From Candidatus Fermentibacteraceae bacterium (lineage in GTDB: Bacteria > Fermentibacterota > Fermentibacteria > Fermentibacterales > JCC-6), in NCBI GenBank assembly GCA_041686025.1, contig JAWLEP010000056.1:1-15595 (forward strand): 15,595 nucleotides of DNA. Direction: 5' to 3'. The position numbers and the translations under genes are program-made. Positions within the stretch are counted from its first letter, which is position 1, and each line of letters begins with the position of its first letter. The notes under the pieces are model-generated. The model was not told where the DNA came from. It did not search any database and was given only the letters and a program-made list of their open reading frames with translations. Below are positions 1-8,423 of this stretch, one piece after another.

Positions 1-87
1 ACTGAGTTCTGCGGGCTCTGATGCTTGACTTGCCCGGTCCCATTGTGTTGATTCGACAACCTGTTGGCTTTGTTTCCCATCACTACC

Positions 88-92
88 GGAGG
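88..92 (+). promoter_or_regulatory. Shine-Dalgarno site of the first operon gene
   Basis: GGAGG 5 nt before the ATG at 98. Confidence 0.75.
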
Positions 93-97
93 CGGCA

Positions 98-493
98 ATG
101 GATCCGAAGATCAGGGTGCTGGTGGCAAAACCCGGCCTGGACGGACACGACCGCGGCGCCAAGTACATAGCCCGCGCCCTGCGCGACGCGGGCATGGAGG
201 TCATATACACCGGAATCCGCCAGACCCCGGACGCCATCGCCAGCGCCGCGATCCAGGAGGACGTGGACTTCGTCGGCCTCTCCCTGCTCTCCGGCGCCCA
301 CAACCACCTGTTCCCGGAGGTGGCCAGGCTCCTGCGGGAGAAGGGAGGGGAGGACATCGTGCTCTTCGGCGGCGGCGTCATCCCCGAGGAGGACATTCCC
401 GGCCTCCAGGAGGCCGGGTTCCGCGCCATATTCACCCCCGGCACACCGGCATCCGAGGTCATCGAGTTCGTGGAGAGGGAGTTCTCCGAGTAG
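98..493 (+). CDS. Acyl-CoA (methylmalonyl-CoA) mutase, stand-alone cobalamin-binding subunit
   Basis: 131 aa. [12 protein letters not shown] carries the DxHxxG base-off/His-on B12 motif; also GLSLLSGAH and GGGVIP. GGAGG RBS. Neighbours are meaB and the epimerase. Confidence 0.95.
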   Translation: MDPKIRVLVAKPGLDGHDRGAKYIARALRDAGMEVIYTGIRQTPDAIASAAIQEDVDFVGLSLLSGAHNHLFPEVARLLREKGGEDIVLFGGGVIPEEDIPGLQEAGFRAIFTPGTPASEVIEFVEREFSE

Positions 494-565
494 GGCTTCG
501 GCCACCGATCAGCTCCCAAGCGACGGGCCGGGGGCGGGCTCCCGGCCGCGGAAGGAACCGTTCCA

Positions 566-1522
566 TTGGACAGATCCCAGCTGGACAGCCTGGCGGAGGC
601 CGTTCTGGCCGGACAGCAGCGTCCGGTGGCCAGGGCCCTGTCCATGGTGGAGGACGGCCATCCCGAAAGCCACGAGCTGCTGCACAGGCTCTACGACCCC
701 GGCCGCGCCTCCACCACGGTGGGTGTCACCGGCCCTCCGGGGGCCGGCAAGAGCACCCTGGCAAACAGGCTCATAGACAGCTGGCGCAGGGACGGCAAGC
801 GGGTGGGGGTGGTGTGCGTGGACCCCTCCTCCCCCTTCTCGGGGGGAGCCCTCCTGGGAGACAGGCTGCGCATGCAGACCCACGCCACGGACCCGGAGGT
901 GTTCATCCGCAGCATGGGCAGCCGGGGCCACCTGGGCGGGCTGGCCGGCGCCAGCCGGGACGCCGGCGAGGTGCTGGCGGCCGCCGGGTACGACCCGGTC
1001 CTGCTGGAGACGGTGGGTGTAGGCCAGGGCGAGGTGGAGGTGGCGGCCATCGCCGACGTCACCCTGCTGGTGCTGGTGCCGGGTCTGGGGGACGACGTCC
1101 AGACCATGAAGGCCGGCATCATGGAGATCGGTGATATAATAGTGCTCAACAAGGCGGACAGGCCCGGGATAGACCAGCTGGAGACCACCGTCAGGACCAG
1201 CTTCGAGATGATGGGAGAGGGAGCACAGCCCCCTCCGGTCGTTCGCTGCTCGGCCCAGACCGGGGAGGGAATCGGGGAGCTGGCGGGACTGGTGGCCGAG
1301 GCCGCTTCCGGGGCGGGCCCGCGTCCGGAGCGTGCCCTGCGCAGGGCGCGCCTGATGCTGGACCGCATACTGGAGGAGAAGGGCCTGGAGATAGCGGAGC
1401 AGTTGCTTGCACACCAATACGGCGGCCGGGAGGAGGCCCTGAGGCTGGTGATGGAGGGCGGAGAGACCCCCTACGGCATCGGCAGGAGCCTCCGGGCGGC
1501 CGCCATGGAGATGCTGGAGTGA
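566..1522 (+). CDS. meaB: MeaB/ArgK/MMAA-family GTPase chaperone of B12 mutases
   Basis: P-loop GPPGAGKST, DPSSPFSGGALLGDRLRM, RSMGSRGHLGGL, ETVGVGQGE, NKAD. TTG start with GAAGGA upstream. Confidence 0.95.
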   Translation: MDRSQLDSLAEAVLAGQQRPVARALSMVEDGHPESHELLHRLYDPGRASTTVGVTGPPGAGKSTLANRLIDSWRRDGKRVGVVCVDPSSPFSGGALLGDRLRMQTHATDPEVFIRSMGSRGHLGGLAGASRDAGEVLAAAGYDPVLLETVGVGQGEVEVAAIADVTLLVLVPGLGDDVQTMKAGIMEIGDIIVLNKADRPGIDQLETTVRTSFEMMGEGAQPPPVVRCSAQTGEGIGELAGLVAEAASGAGPRPERALRRARLMLDRILEEKGLEIAEQLLAHQYGGREEALRLVMEGGETPYGIGRSLRAAAMEMLE

Positions 1523-1526
1523 CCCG

Positions 1527-1946
1527 ATGGAAGCCACAAGGATAGACCACATAGGAGTAGCCGTTGAGAGCCTCGAGGAGGCCCTTCCCTTCTACAGGGA
1601 CATGCTGGGCCTGTCGCTATTGGGCACCGAGGAGGTGGCGGACCAGAAGGTCCGGGTGGCCATGCTCGCCGTGGGGGAGTCCAGGATCGAGCTGCTGGAG
1701 CCCACCTCGGACGACAGCCCCATCGCCGGGTTCCTGGCGAAGCGGGGCCAGGGCATCCACCACATCGCCTACGCTGTGGAAGACGCGTCGACGGCGGTGG
1801 AGGAGCTGAAGGAGAAGGGCGTGCGCATGATAGACGAATCCCCCCGGGAGGGGGCGGGAGGCGCCCGCATAGCCTTCGTGCACCCCCGGGCCAGCGGACG
1901 GGTGCTCACCGAGCTGTGCCAGCATCCCCGCGGGGAAGGGGAGTAG
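1527..1946 (+). CDS. mce: Methylmalonyl-CoA epimerase (VOC fold)
   Basis: [37 protein letters not shown]...VLTELC; metal-ligand His/Glu pattern of the family; operon context. Confidence 0.95.
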   Translation: MEATRIDHIGVAVESLEEALPFYRDMLGLSLLGTEEVADQKVRVAMLAVGESRIELLEPTSDDSPIAGFLAKRGQGIHHIAYAVEDASTAVEELKEKGVRMIDESPREGAGGARIAFVHPRASGRVLTELCQHPRGEGE

Positions 1947-1947
1947 C

Positions 1948-3498
1948 ATGAGCTCCCTGGAGAAGGCTGAGAGGCTGAGGGTCCTTCGGGAGAGGGCGTA
2001 CAAGGGCGGCGGCGAGCAGCGCATCGAAAGGCAGCACGAGAGGGGCAAGTACACGGCCCGGGAGCGCATCGAGATGCTGCTGGACGAGGACAGCTTCGAA
2101 GAGTTCGACATGCTGGTGACCCATCGCTGCGAGGACTTCGGCCTGGAGAAGAAGAAGTACCTGGGCGACGGCGTGGTCACCGGGTACGGAACCATCGACG
2201 GCAGGCTGGTGTACGTGTTTTCCCACGACTTCACCGTCCTGGGGGGCTCGCTGAGCGAGACCTTCGCCAAGAAGATCCTCAAGGTCATGGACATGGCCGC
2301 CACCAACGGCGCTCCGCTCATCGGCCTCAACGACTCCGGCGGGGCCAGGATACAGGAGGGCATAGAGAGCCTGGCGGGTTACGGCGACATCTTTCTCAAG
2401 AACGTCCTCTATTCCGGCGTGATCCCCCAGATATCGGCCATACTGGGGCCCTGCGCCGGAGGCGCCGTATACAGCCCCGCCATCACCGACTTCACCATCA
2501 TGGTGGAGGATACCAGCTACATGTTCGTCACCGGCCCCCACGTGGTGAAGGCCGTCACCGGCGAGGAGGTCACCAAGAAGCAGCTGGGCGGCCCCCGGAT
2601 TCACGCCCAGAAGAGCGGCGTGGCCAGCCTGGTGGCCGATGACGAGGACGAGGCCCTGATGCTGATCCGCAAGCTGGTGGGCTACATACCCCAGAACAAC
2701 ATGGAGGACCCGGTGTCGGGCACCCCCACCGACCCCCCCGACCGGGTGGAGAGCTGGCTGGACGAGTACGTTCCCGTCAACCCCAACAAGCCCTATGAGA
2801 TGCGCAGGATCATAGAGGCCATGGTGGACGACGGGGAGTTCATGGAGATACAGCGCATGTACGCACCCAACATCGTAGTGGGCTTCGCCAGGATGAACGG
2901 CCGTTCGGTGGGCGTAGTGGCCAACCAGCCCTCCTACCTGGCCGGCGTCCTGGACATAGACGCCTCGGTGAAGGCCGCCAGGTTCGTCCGTTTCTGCGAC
3001 TCCTTCAGCATCCCCCTGGTGACCCTGGTGGACGTACCCGGCTTCATGCCCGGCACCAAGCAGGAGTACGGGGGCATCATCCGCAACGGCGCCAAGCTGC
3101 TGTACGCCTACGCCGAGGCCACCGTGCCCAAGGTGACGGTGATCACGCGCAAGGCCTACGGCGGCGCCTACGACGTGATGAGCTCCAAGCACCTGCGGTC
3201 GGACGTGAACTACGCCTGGCCCAGCGCCGAGATCGCCGTGATGGGTCCCGACGGCGCGGTGAACATCATCTTCCGCCACGAGCTGGAGGACGCCGACGAC
3301 CCCGAGGCCAAGAAGAAGGAACTGGTGGAGCGGTACCGCGAGCACTTCGCCAACCCCTACATCGCCGCCTCCCGCGGCTACATCGACGACGTGATCATGC
3401 CCAGCAACACCCGCTTCCGGGTGATTAAGGCGCTGGAGATGCTGGCCGGCAAGAGGCAGAGCATCCCGCCCAAGAAGCACGGGAACATCCCACTGTGA
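1948..3498 (+). CDS. mmdA: Methylmalonyl-CoA decarboxylase alpha subunit (carboxyltransferase, PccB-like)
   Basis: 516 aa. [48 protein letters not shown]-terminal KKHGNIPL. Followed by delta, biotin-carrier and beta genes. Confidence 0.92.
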   Translation: MSSLEKAERLRVLRERAYKGGGEQRIERQHERGKYTARERIEMLLDEDSFEEFDMLVTHRCEDFGLEKKKYLGDGVVTGYGTIDGRLVYVFSHDFTVLGGSLSETFAKKILKVMDMAATNGAPLIGLNDSGGARIQEGIESLAGYGDIFLKNVLYSGVIPQISAILGPCAGGAVYSPAITDFTIMVEDTSYMFVTGPHVVKAVTGEEVTKKQLGGPRIHAQKSGVASLVADDEDEALMLIRKLVGYIPQNNMEDPVSGTPTDPPDRVESWLDEYVPVNPNKPYEMRRIIEAMVDDGEFMEIQRMYAPNIVVGFARMNGRSVGVVANQPSYLAGVLDIDASVKAARFVRFCDSFSIPLVTLVDVPGFMPGTKQEYGGIIRNGAKLLYAYAEATVPKVTVITRKAYGGAYDVMSSKHLRSDVNYAWPSAEIAVMGPDGAVNIIFRHELEDADDPEAKKKELVERYREHFANPYIAASRGYIDDVIMPSNTRFRVIKALEMLAGKRQSIPPKKHGNIPL

Positions 3499-3899
3499 CG
3501 GCGCAGGTGCTGGCGGTCGTGCAGGGCGCGGCAGAGACCGCCGCCTCCGACGGCGGCGGAATAGCGCTGGTGGGAATGGCAACGGTCTTCATCGGCCTGC
3601 TCGTCCTCTCCCTGAGCCTGCCGCTGCTGCGGCACACCTCCGGGGAGAAGCCGAAGGGAGACAAGGGGGAGGGCGAAGCCCGGGAGAAGGAACGCGAGCC
3701 CGCACCCCGCCTGTCCGAGCAGGAGAAGGCGGCCATAGCCGCCGCCATTCACGTACACCTCAACAGCCTCGACCAGCTGGAGAGGATGAAGCTTACCTGG
3801 GAGATGTACGAGAGGCCCTACAGCCCCTGGAGGCTGGCCGGCCGGGCCGAGGCCCTGGAGGCCAGGGGGGCTCTCACATTCAGGCTTAGGAGCAGGTAG
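3495..3899 (+). CDS. mmdD: Na+-translocating decarboxylase delta subunit (OadG/MmdD-like membrane anchor)
   Basis: GTGA overlap with the mmdA stop. One TM helix ([20 protein letters not shown]), charged linker, AAIAAAI helix, SPWRLAGR tail. Position between alpha and the biotin carrier. Confidence 0.85.
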   Translation: MTAQVLAVVQGAAETAASDGGGIALVGMATVFIGLLVLSLSLPLLRHTSGEKPKGDKGEGEAREKEREPAPRLSEQEKAAIAAAIHVHLNSLDQLERMKLTWEMYERPYSPWRLAGRAEALEARGALTFRLRSR

Positions 3900-3901
3900 A
3901 G

Positions 3902-4348
3902 ATGCCGGAGTACAAGGTAACCGTAGACGGAGAGACCTTCTCTGTAAGGGTGGGCAGGGTCACCGACCACACCGTGGACGTCACGCTGAACGGCCAGCAG
4001 TACACGGTGGAGGTGGAGGCCCCCCACAGGAAGCCTTCCAAGACGCCGAAGCTGGAGCGCAGGCGGGTGGCGAAGACCGCCAGGGGAGCCCCCGAGAGGA
4101 CGTCGCCCCCGGAGGTGGTGGCCTCCGCCGGGGAGGGAGACGTCACCTCGCCGCTCCCGGGCAAGATACTGAAGCTGATGGCGGGCAAGGGCGACAGCGT
4201 CAGCGAGGGGCAGACCGTGGCCGTCATGGAGGCCATGAAGATGGAGAACGAGATAGAGGCTCCGGTGTCCGGCACTGTCTCGGAGGTGCTGGTCAGGGAG
4301 GGCGAGAACGTGCTGGAAAATGCCCTCATCATGCGGATCGGGGGCTGA
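3902..4348 (+). CDS. mmdC: Biotin carboxyl carrier (gamma) subunit
   Basis: YKVTVDG N-terminus, SPLPGKI, EAMKMENEI biotinylation motif. Confidence 0.93.
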   Translation: MPEYKVTVDGETFSVRVGRVTDHTVDVTLNGQQYTVEVEAPHRKPSKTPKLERRRVAKTARGAPERTSPPEVVASAGEGDVTSPLPGKILKLMAGKGDSVSEGQTVAVMEAMKMENEIEAPVSGTVSEVLVREGENVLENALIMRIGG

Positions 4349-4351
4349 CGA

Positions 4352-5548
4352 ATGTCCCCCACCCCGCACCTCACCGCGGCCCTGGTATCGGGAACCGACC
4401 GCCTGAACCTCCTGGGCTACCTGGAGAACACGGGCTTCGGCCAGGCCACCGTGGGCAACATCGTCATGATCGTCCTGGGCCTGGTGCTCATCTACCTGGC
4501 CATAAAGAAGGACTTCGAGCCCCTTCTTCTGGTGCCCATAGGCTTCGGGATGATCGCGGGCAACATACCCTACAACCCCGAGCTGATGCCCATAGGCTAC
4601 CAGGACGTCCTGGGCGGGCAGATGTCGGTTTTCAAGCTTTTCTACTACGGGGTCAGCAGCGGCTTCTTCCCGCCGCTGGTCTTCCTGGGCATCGGGGCCA
4701 TGACCGACTTCAGCGCCCTGCTGTCCAACCCCAAGCTCCTGATACTGGGGGCGGCGGCCCAGATAGGCATCTTCATCACCCTGATCGGGTCGCTGATGCT
4801 GGGCTTCGACCTCTCCGAGGCTGCGGCCATAGGCATCATCGGAGGGGCGGACGGCCCCACGGCCATCTTCGTCTCCAGCCAGATGGCCCCGCACCTGCTG
4901 GGGGCCATAGCCATCGCCGCCTACTCCTACATGGGGCTGGTTCCGGTGATACAGCCGCCCATCATGCGCCTGCTCACCACAAAGGAGGAAAGAAGGCGGA
5001 GGATGAGGCCGTCCCGCCAGGTGAGCCAGAAGGAGAAGATCCTCTTCCCCATCTTCGCCTTCCTGGTCACCGCCTTCATAGCCCCGGGAGCAATCACCCT
5101 GCTGGGCATGCTGTTCTTCGGCAACCTCCTCAAGGAGAGCGGTGTCACCAACCGGCTGGCGGAGAGCGCGCAGGGGGCGCTGAACAACATCGTGGTGATC
5201 CTCCTGGGCTTCTCGGTGGGCACCAGCACCCAGGCCAGGTACTTCCTCACCACCGATTCGGTGAAGATATTCGTGCTGGGCGCGGTGAGCTTCGCCATCG
5301 CCACCATGGGCGGGCTCCTTTTCGCCAAGCTCATGAACCTGTTTCTGAAGGGGGACAACAAGATCAACCCCCTGGTGGGTGCGGCCGGGGTCTCGGCCGT
5401 TCCCGACTCCGCGAGGGTGGTGCAGATGGAGGGACGCAAGTACGACCCCAAGAACCACCTGCTCATGCACGCCATGGCACCCAACGTGGCGGGAGTGATC
5501 GGCAGCGCCATAGCGGCCGGCGTGCTCCTCAGCGTGGTGCCCCACTAG
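4352..5548 (+). CDS. mmdB: Na+-translocating decarboxylase beta subunit (OadB/MmdB/GcdB family)
   Basis: FEPLLLVPIGFG, FLGIGAMTDF, GIIGGADGPTAIF (catalytic Asp motif), AAYSYMGLVPVIQPP, GAAGVSAVP, HAMAPNVAGVIGSA; multiple TM segments. Confidence 0.96.
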   Translation: MSPTPHLTAALVSGTDRLNLLGYLENTGFGQATVGNIVMIVLGLVLIYLAIKKDFEPLLLVPIGFGMIAGNIPYNPELMPIGYQDVLGGQMSVFKLFYYGVSSGFFPPLVFLGIGAMTDFSALLSNPKLLILGAAAQIGIFITLIGSLMLGFDLSEAAAIGIIGGADGPTAIFVSSQMAPHLLGAIAIAAYSYMGLVPVIQPPIMRLLTTKEERRRRMRPSRQVSQKEKILFPIFAFLVTAFIAPGAITLLGMLFFGNLLKESGVTNRLAESAQGALNNIVVILLGFSVGTSTQARYFLTTDSVKIFVLGAVSFAIATMGGLLFAKLMNLFLKGDNKINPLVGAAGVSAVPDSARVVQMEGRKYDPKNHLLMHAMAPNVAGVIGSAIAAGVLLSVVPH

Positions 5549-5550
5549 CC

Positions 5551-6543
5551 GTGGACAGGCTGCGGATCAGGCGGTACGACTACCTGGTTACCGGGGGGGC
5601 GGGCTTCATCGGCTCGCACCTCTGCGAGGAGCTGCTGCGCAGGGGCCACTCGGTCCTGGTGCTGGACGACCTCTCCACCGGCGACCTGGCCAACCTGGAA
5701 GACTGCGTGGAGTCGGAGGAGTTCAGCTACGTAATCGGCTCGGTGCTGGACGAGAGCCTGGTCTCGGAGGCCGTGGACCTCTGCGGCAGCGTGGTCCACC
5801 TGGCGGCGGCGGTGGGGGTCCGCAACATCATCGACCGCCCCGTGGAGACCATTGAGGCCAACGTCAAGGGCACCGAGAACGTCCTAAAGGCCGCGGAGAA
5901 GAAGGCCCGGCCCACCTTCGTGGCCTCCACCTCGGAGGTCTACGGCAAGAGCGAGGCGGTACCCTTCCGCGAGGACGGAGACATCGTCCTGGGGGCCACC
6001 AGCCGGAGCCGCTGGAGCTACGCCTGCTCCAAGGCGGTGGACGAGTTCCTGGCCCAGGCCTACTGGAAGGACAAGGGCCTGCCGGTGGTTGTGGGCAGGC
6101 TCTTCAATACCGTAGGGCCCCGGCAGTCGGGCCGCTACGGCATGGTCCTGCCCCGCTTCGTAAGCCAGGCCCTCCGCGGGGAGTCCATCACGGTCTACGG
6201 CGACGGCCGCCAGACCAGGTGCTTCAGCCTGGTGGGCGAGGTGGTGGACTGCATACTGGACCTGCTTCACTGCGCAGATGCCGTGGGCAGGGTGGTGAAC
6301 GTGGGCTCCACCCAGGAGGTCACCATCATGCAGCTGGCGGAGACCGTCCGCGACCTCAGCGACTCCGACTCGGAGATAGTCCTGGTCCCCTACGACGAGG
6401 CCTACCCCACGGACTTCGAGGACATGCGCCGCAGGGTGCCGGACGTGTCCCTGCTGCACAGCCTGATAGGCCGGGCCCCCGAGGCCGGCCTGGAGGAGAT
6501 AGTGAGGGCCGTCATCGGGTGGGCCATGCAGACGGCGGAATGA
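5551..6543 (+). CDS. Extended-SDR NAD-dependent nucleotide-sugar epimerase/dehydratase/decarboxylase
   Basis: VTGGAGFIGSHL, HLAAAVGV, STSEVYG, YACSK (YxxxK), RLFNTVGPRQ, GDGRQTRCF. GTG start 2 nt after the mmdB stop. Substrate not determinable. Confidence 0.9.
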   Translation: MDRLRIRRYDYLVTGGAGFIGSHLCEELLRRGHSVLVLDDLSTGDLANLEDCVESEEFSYVIGSVLDESLVSEAVDLCGSVVHLAAAVGVRNIIDRPVETIEANVKGTENVLKAAEKKARPTFVASTSEVYGKSEAVPFREDGDIVLGATSRSRWSYACSKAVDEFLAQAYWKDKGLPVVVGRLFNTVGPRQSGRYGMVLPRFVSQALRGESITVYGDGRQTRCFSLVGEVVDCILDLLHCADAVGRVVNVGSTQEVTIMQLAETVRDLSDSDSEIVLVPYDEAYPTDFEDMRRRVPDVSLLHSLIGRAPEAGLEEIVRAVIGWAMQTAE

Positions 6544-7331
6544 CCCCCGGGCCAACCAGGGTCGAGAGCCATTCCAACCCCAGGCTGAAGCTGGCCCGGT
6601 CGCTCTCCTCCACCCGGGGCGTGCGCAAGTCGGGCAGGTACCTGCTGGAGGGCCCCAGGTTCGTGGGCGACGCGGCCGGCCGGGGCACAATCGACTACAT
6701 CATCCTCTCCGACGGAGCCACCGACCCCGCACGGACGGCTGCAGCAAGGGCCATGCAGGCGGGCCTGGCGTGCATCTCGCTGCCCGCCGGGCTGTTCGAC
6801 GAGGTATCCGAGACAGCTACTACCCAGGGGCTTGCGGCGGTCTGCCGCCTCCCCGGCCACACCGGTCAGGACCTCCTGAAGGGGAGCCTCATCCTGGCGC
6901 TGGACGGGGTCTCCGACCCGGGAAACGTGGGCACCGCCATCCGCTCGGCCGCCGCCCTGGGGGCCAGCGGCGTCGCCGTCCTGAAAGGCTCTGCCTGTCC
7001 CTTCATCCCCGCCTCCGCCCGGGCCTCCGCCGGGGCGGTATCGTCGCTTCCCGTGGTGGAGAGGCTGGAGGCCGATCCCTTTCTCACGTCAGCCATCAAC
7101 GCCGGCTGGAAGGTGCTGGCGGCAAAGGCCCATGGCAGGCCCGTGGCGCCTTCGGACGGTGGGGACAAGACCGTGCTGCTGGTCGGATCGGAGGCCCACG
7201 GGATCGGAGACGCCGCGGGCCGTCTGGCCCACGACGCCGTTTCCGTGCCCATCACCGACAACGTCGAATCCCTGAACGCCGCCGCATCCGCGGCTATACT
7301 GCTCTACGTGCTGGCCGGAAGCGGCCGGTAG
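6540..7331 (+). CDS. SpoU/TrmH-family RNA 2'-O-methyltransferase
   Basis: Real start is the ATG at 6540 (ATGA overlap with the SDR stop), not 6219. SHSNPRLK, LLEGPR, LDGVSDPGNVGTAIRSA, VGSEAHGI, VESLNAAASAAILLY. Confidence 0.92.
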   Translation: MTPGPTRVESHSNPRLKLARSLSSTRGVRKSGRYLLEGPRFVGDAAGRGTIDYIILSDGATDPARTAAARAMQAGLACISLPAGLFDEVSETATTQGLAAVCRLPGHTGQDLLKGSLILALDGVSDPGNVGTAIRSAAALGASGVAVLKGSACPFIPASARASAGAVSSLPVVERLEADPFLTSAINAGWKVLAAKAHGRPVAPSDGGDKTVLLVGSEAHGIGDAAGRLAHDAVSVPITDNVESLNAAASAAILLYVLAGSGR

Positions 7332-7332
7332 C

Positions 7333-8094
7333 CTACTCCCCCTGGGGAGCCGGGGCCTCCACGGCGTACCCGGCCTCCACCCAGCCGCTGTACTCGCCCT
7401 GCAGCCGGTAGACCAGACTGAAGCCCATGTCCACCAGGGACTGCGCCCCCTCCACGCTGGCCTGCCGGGAGTGGCAGTAGACCAGGTGGGGCACGGCCGG
7501 GTCCCAGCCGCCGGCCAGACTGTCCAGGTCCCGCAGCGGAGCGTGCACCGCTCCCGGCAGGTGGCCGTCGGCGTAGAAGGATGACACGTCAACCACCACC
7601 AGCTCCGGGTTGAGGTCCATCATCCTGCTGGACAGGTCCGGGGCCATCTCCATGTACGACCCGCTATCCACGGGAAGGCCCGCGTCCACCCAGCCGCCGT
7701 ACTCCCCCGCCAGCCTGTATACTCCGGCGAATCCCGCGTCAGCCAGGGTCTGGGCCCCCTGCTCGCTGGACTCCCTGGAGTGGCAGTAGACCAGGTACGC
7801 CCCCTGCGGATCCCAGTCGGCGGCAATGCTGTCCAGCGACGAAAGCGGCGCGCTCACCGCACCCGGCAGGTGGCCCTCGTCGTACATGGGTGAGACGTCC
7901 ACCACCACCAGGTCCGGGTTCTCCTGGGTCATCACCCACGCTTCCTCCGCCGGCACCTCGACGTAGCCCAGCTCGGGCTCCTCCACCGCGGCGGTGTCCG
8001 CGGGCTCCTCAGTCGGCTCCTCTGCGGGAGCCTCCTCCCCGCCGCAGCCTGCCATCAGCAGCATCAGCGCGGCCAGAACGGCAAGATATCTCAT
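7333..8094 (-). CDS. Lipoprotein with two tandem rhodanese-like domains
   Basis: Signal peptide with lipobox MAGC (Cys17) and acidic Pro/Glu linker. Two copies of VVVDVS..Y..GHLPGA...LVYCHSR...GF..VYRL.GEY.GW..AG. GAGGGG RBS. Confidence 0.9.
   Translation of the reverse strand: MRYLAVLAALMLLMAGCGGEEAPAEEPTEEPADTAAVEEPELGYVEVPAEEAWVMTQENPDLVVVDVSPMYDEGHLPGAVSAPLSSLDSIAADWDPQGAYLVYCHSRESSEQGAQTLADAGFAGVYRLAGEYGGWVDAGLPVDSGSYMEMAPDLSSRMMDLNPELVVVDVSSFYADGHLPGAVHAPLRDLDSLAGGWDPAVPHLVYCHSRQASVEGAQSLVDMGFSLVYRLQGEYSGWVEAGYAVEAPAPQGE
7357..7965 (-). repeat. Intragenic tandem duplication, period 309 bp (103 aa)
   Basis: The two domains align without gaps. Exact 20-mer ggagtggcagtagaccaggt at 7468-7487 and 7777-7796. 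Confidence 0.9.
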
Positions 8095-8126
8095 TGTTCC
8101 CCCTCACTTTCCTGAAACGACCCACT

Positions 8127-8167
8127 GCGGGGGATATACGAATCCCCCGCGGCGCAATGCAAGCGCC
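8127..8167 (-). promoter_or_regulatory. Putative promoter/operator of the rhodanese gene with two adjacent inverted repeats
   Basis: gcgggggat-N6-atcccccgc (8127-8150) and ggcgc-N7-gcgcc (8151-8167). Minus strand reads TTGCAT-N18-TATATC across them. Confidence 0.45.
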
Positions 8168-8423
8168 ACCTTTTCACTTCCCAGGCAGAAGACCCGCAAG
8201 TGCGGCAGCAGCTGGAACTCGAAGCGCACTCTTGTAGATAGAAGAGCCATAGACATCCCGCTGCGGAATGGCCAGCTTCTCCCTGTCCCGGATGGCCCCT
8301 TACAGCCCGTGGGCTGCGGAAAGACAGGCACAGCAGTCCGCAGCGGTGGGGCGGGCACCGGCAGCGTCGCCAGCGGTATTGGCCAGAAGCCCTGGCAAAC
8401 ACTCGGAGAGGGAGCGCAGACGG

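Noticed and set aside
25..53. Possible promoter TTGACT-N17-TTGATT
   Set aside because: The -35 is good but the -10 lacks the conserved A at position 2; not supportable without TSS data.
1..97. Cobalamin riboswitch upstream of the B12 operon
   Set aside because: No recognisable B12-box or conserved core in the visible 97 nt.
1948..4348. Propionyl-CoA carboxylase interpretation
   Set aside because: No biotin carboxylase gene is present, and membrane delta and beta subunits indicate a Na+-translocating decarboxylase.
6219..6539. N-terminal extension of the methyltransferase ORF
   Set aside because: It lies inside the SDR gene and is low-complexity. The ATGA-coupled start at 6540 gives a normal-length protein.
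64..7592. Long alternative-frame and antisense ORFs (e.g. 64-1134 +, 509-1552 -, 1906-3582 -, 3818-5545 -, 5884-6690 -, 6770-7411 +)
   Set aside because: Shadows of high-GC3 genes. They overlap well-supported CDSs, have biased composition and show no motifs.
8268..8423. N-terminal extension of the 8268-9473 ORF
   Set aside because: The signal peptide begins at ATG 8424 and the upstream part is not protein-like.
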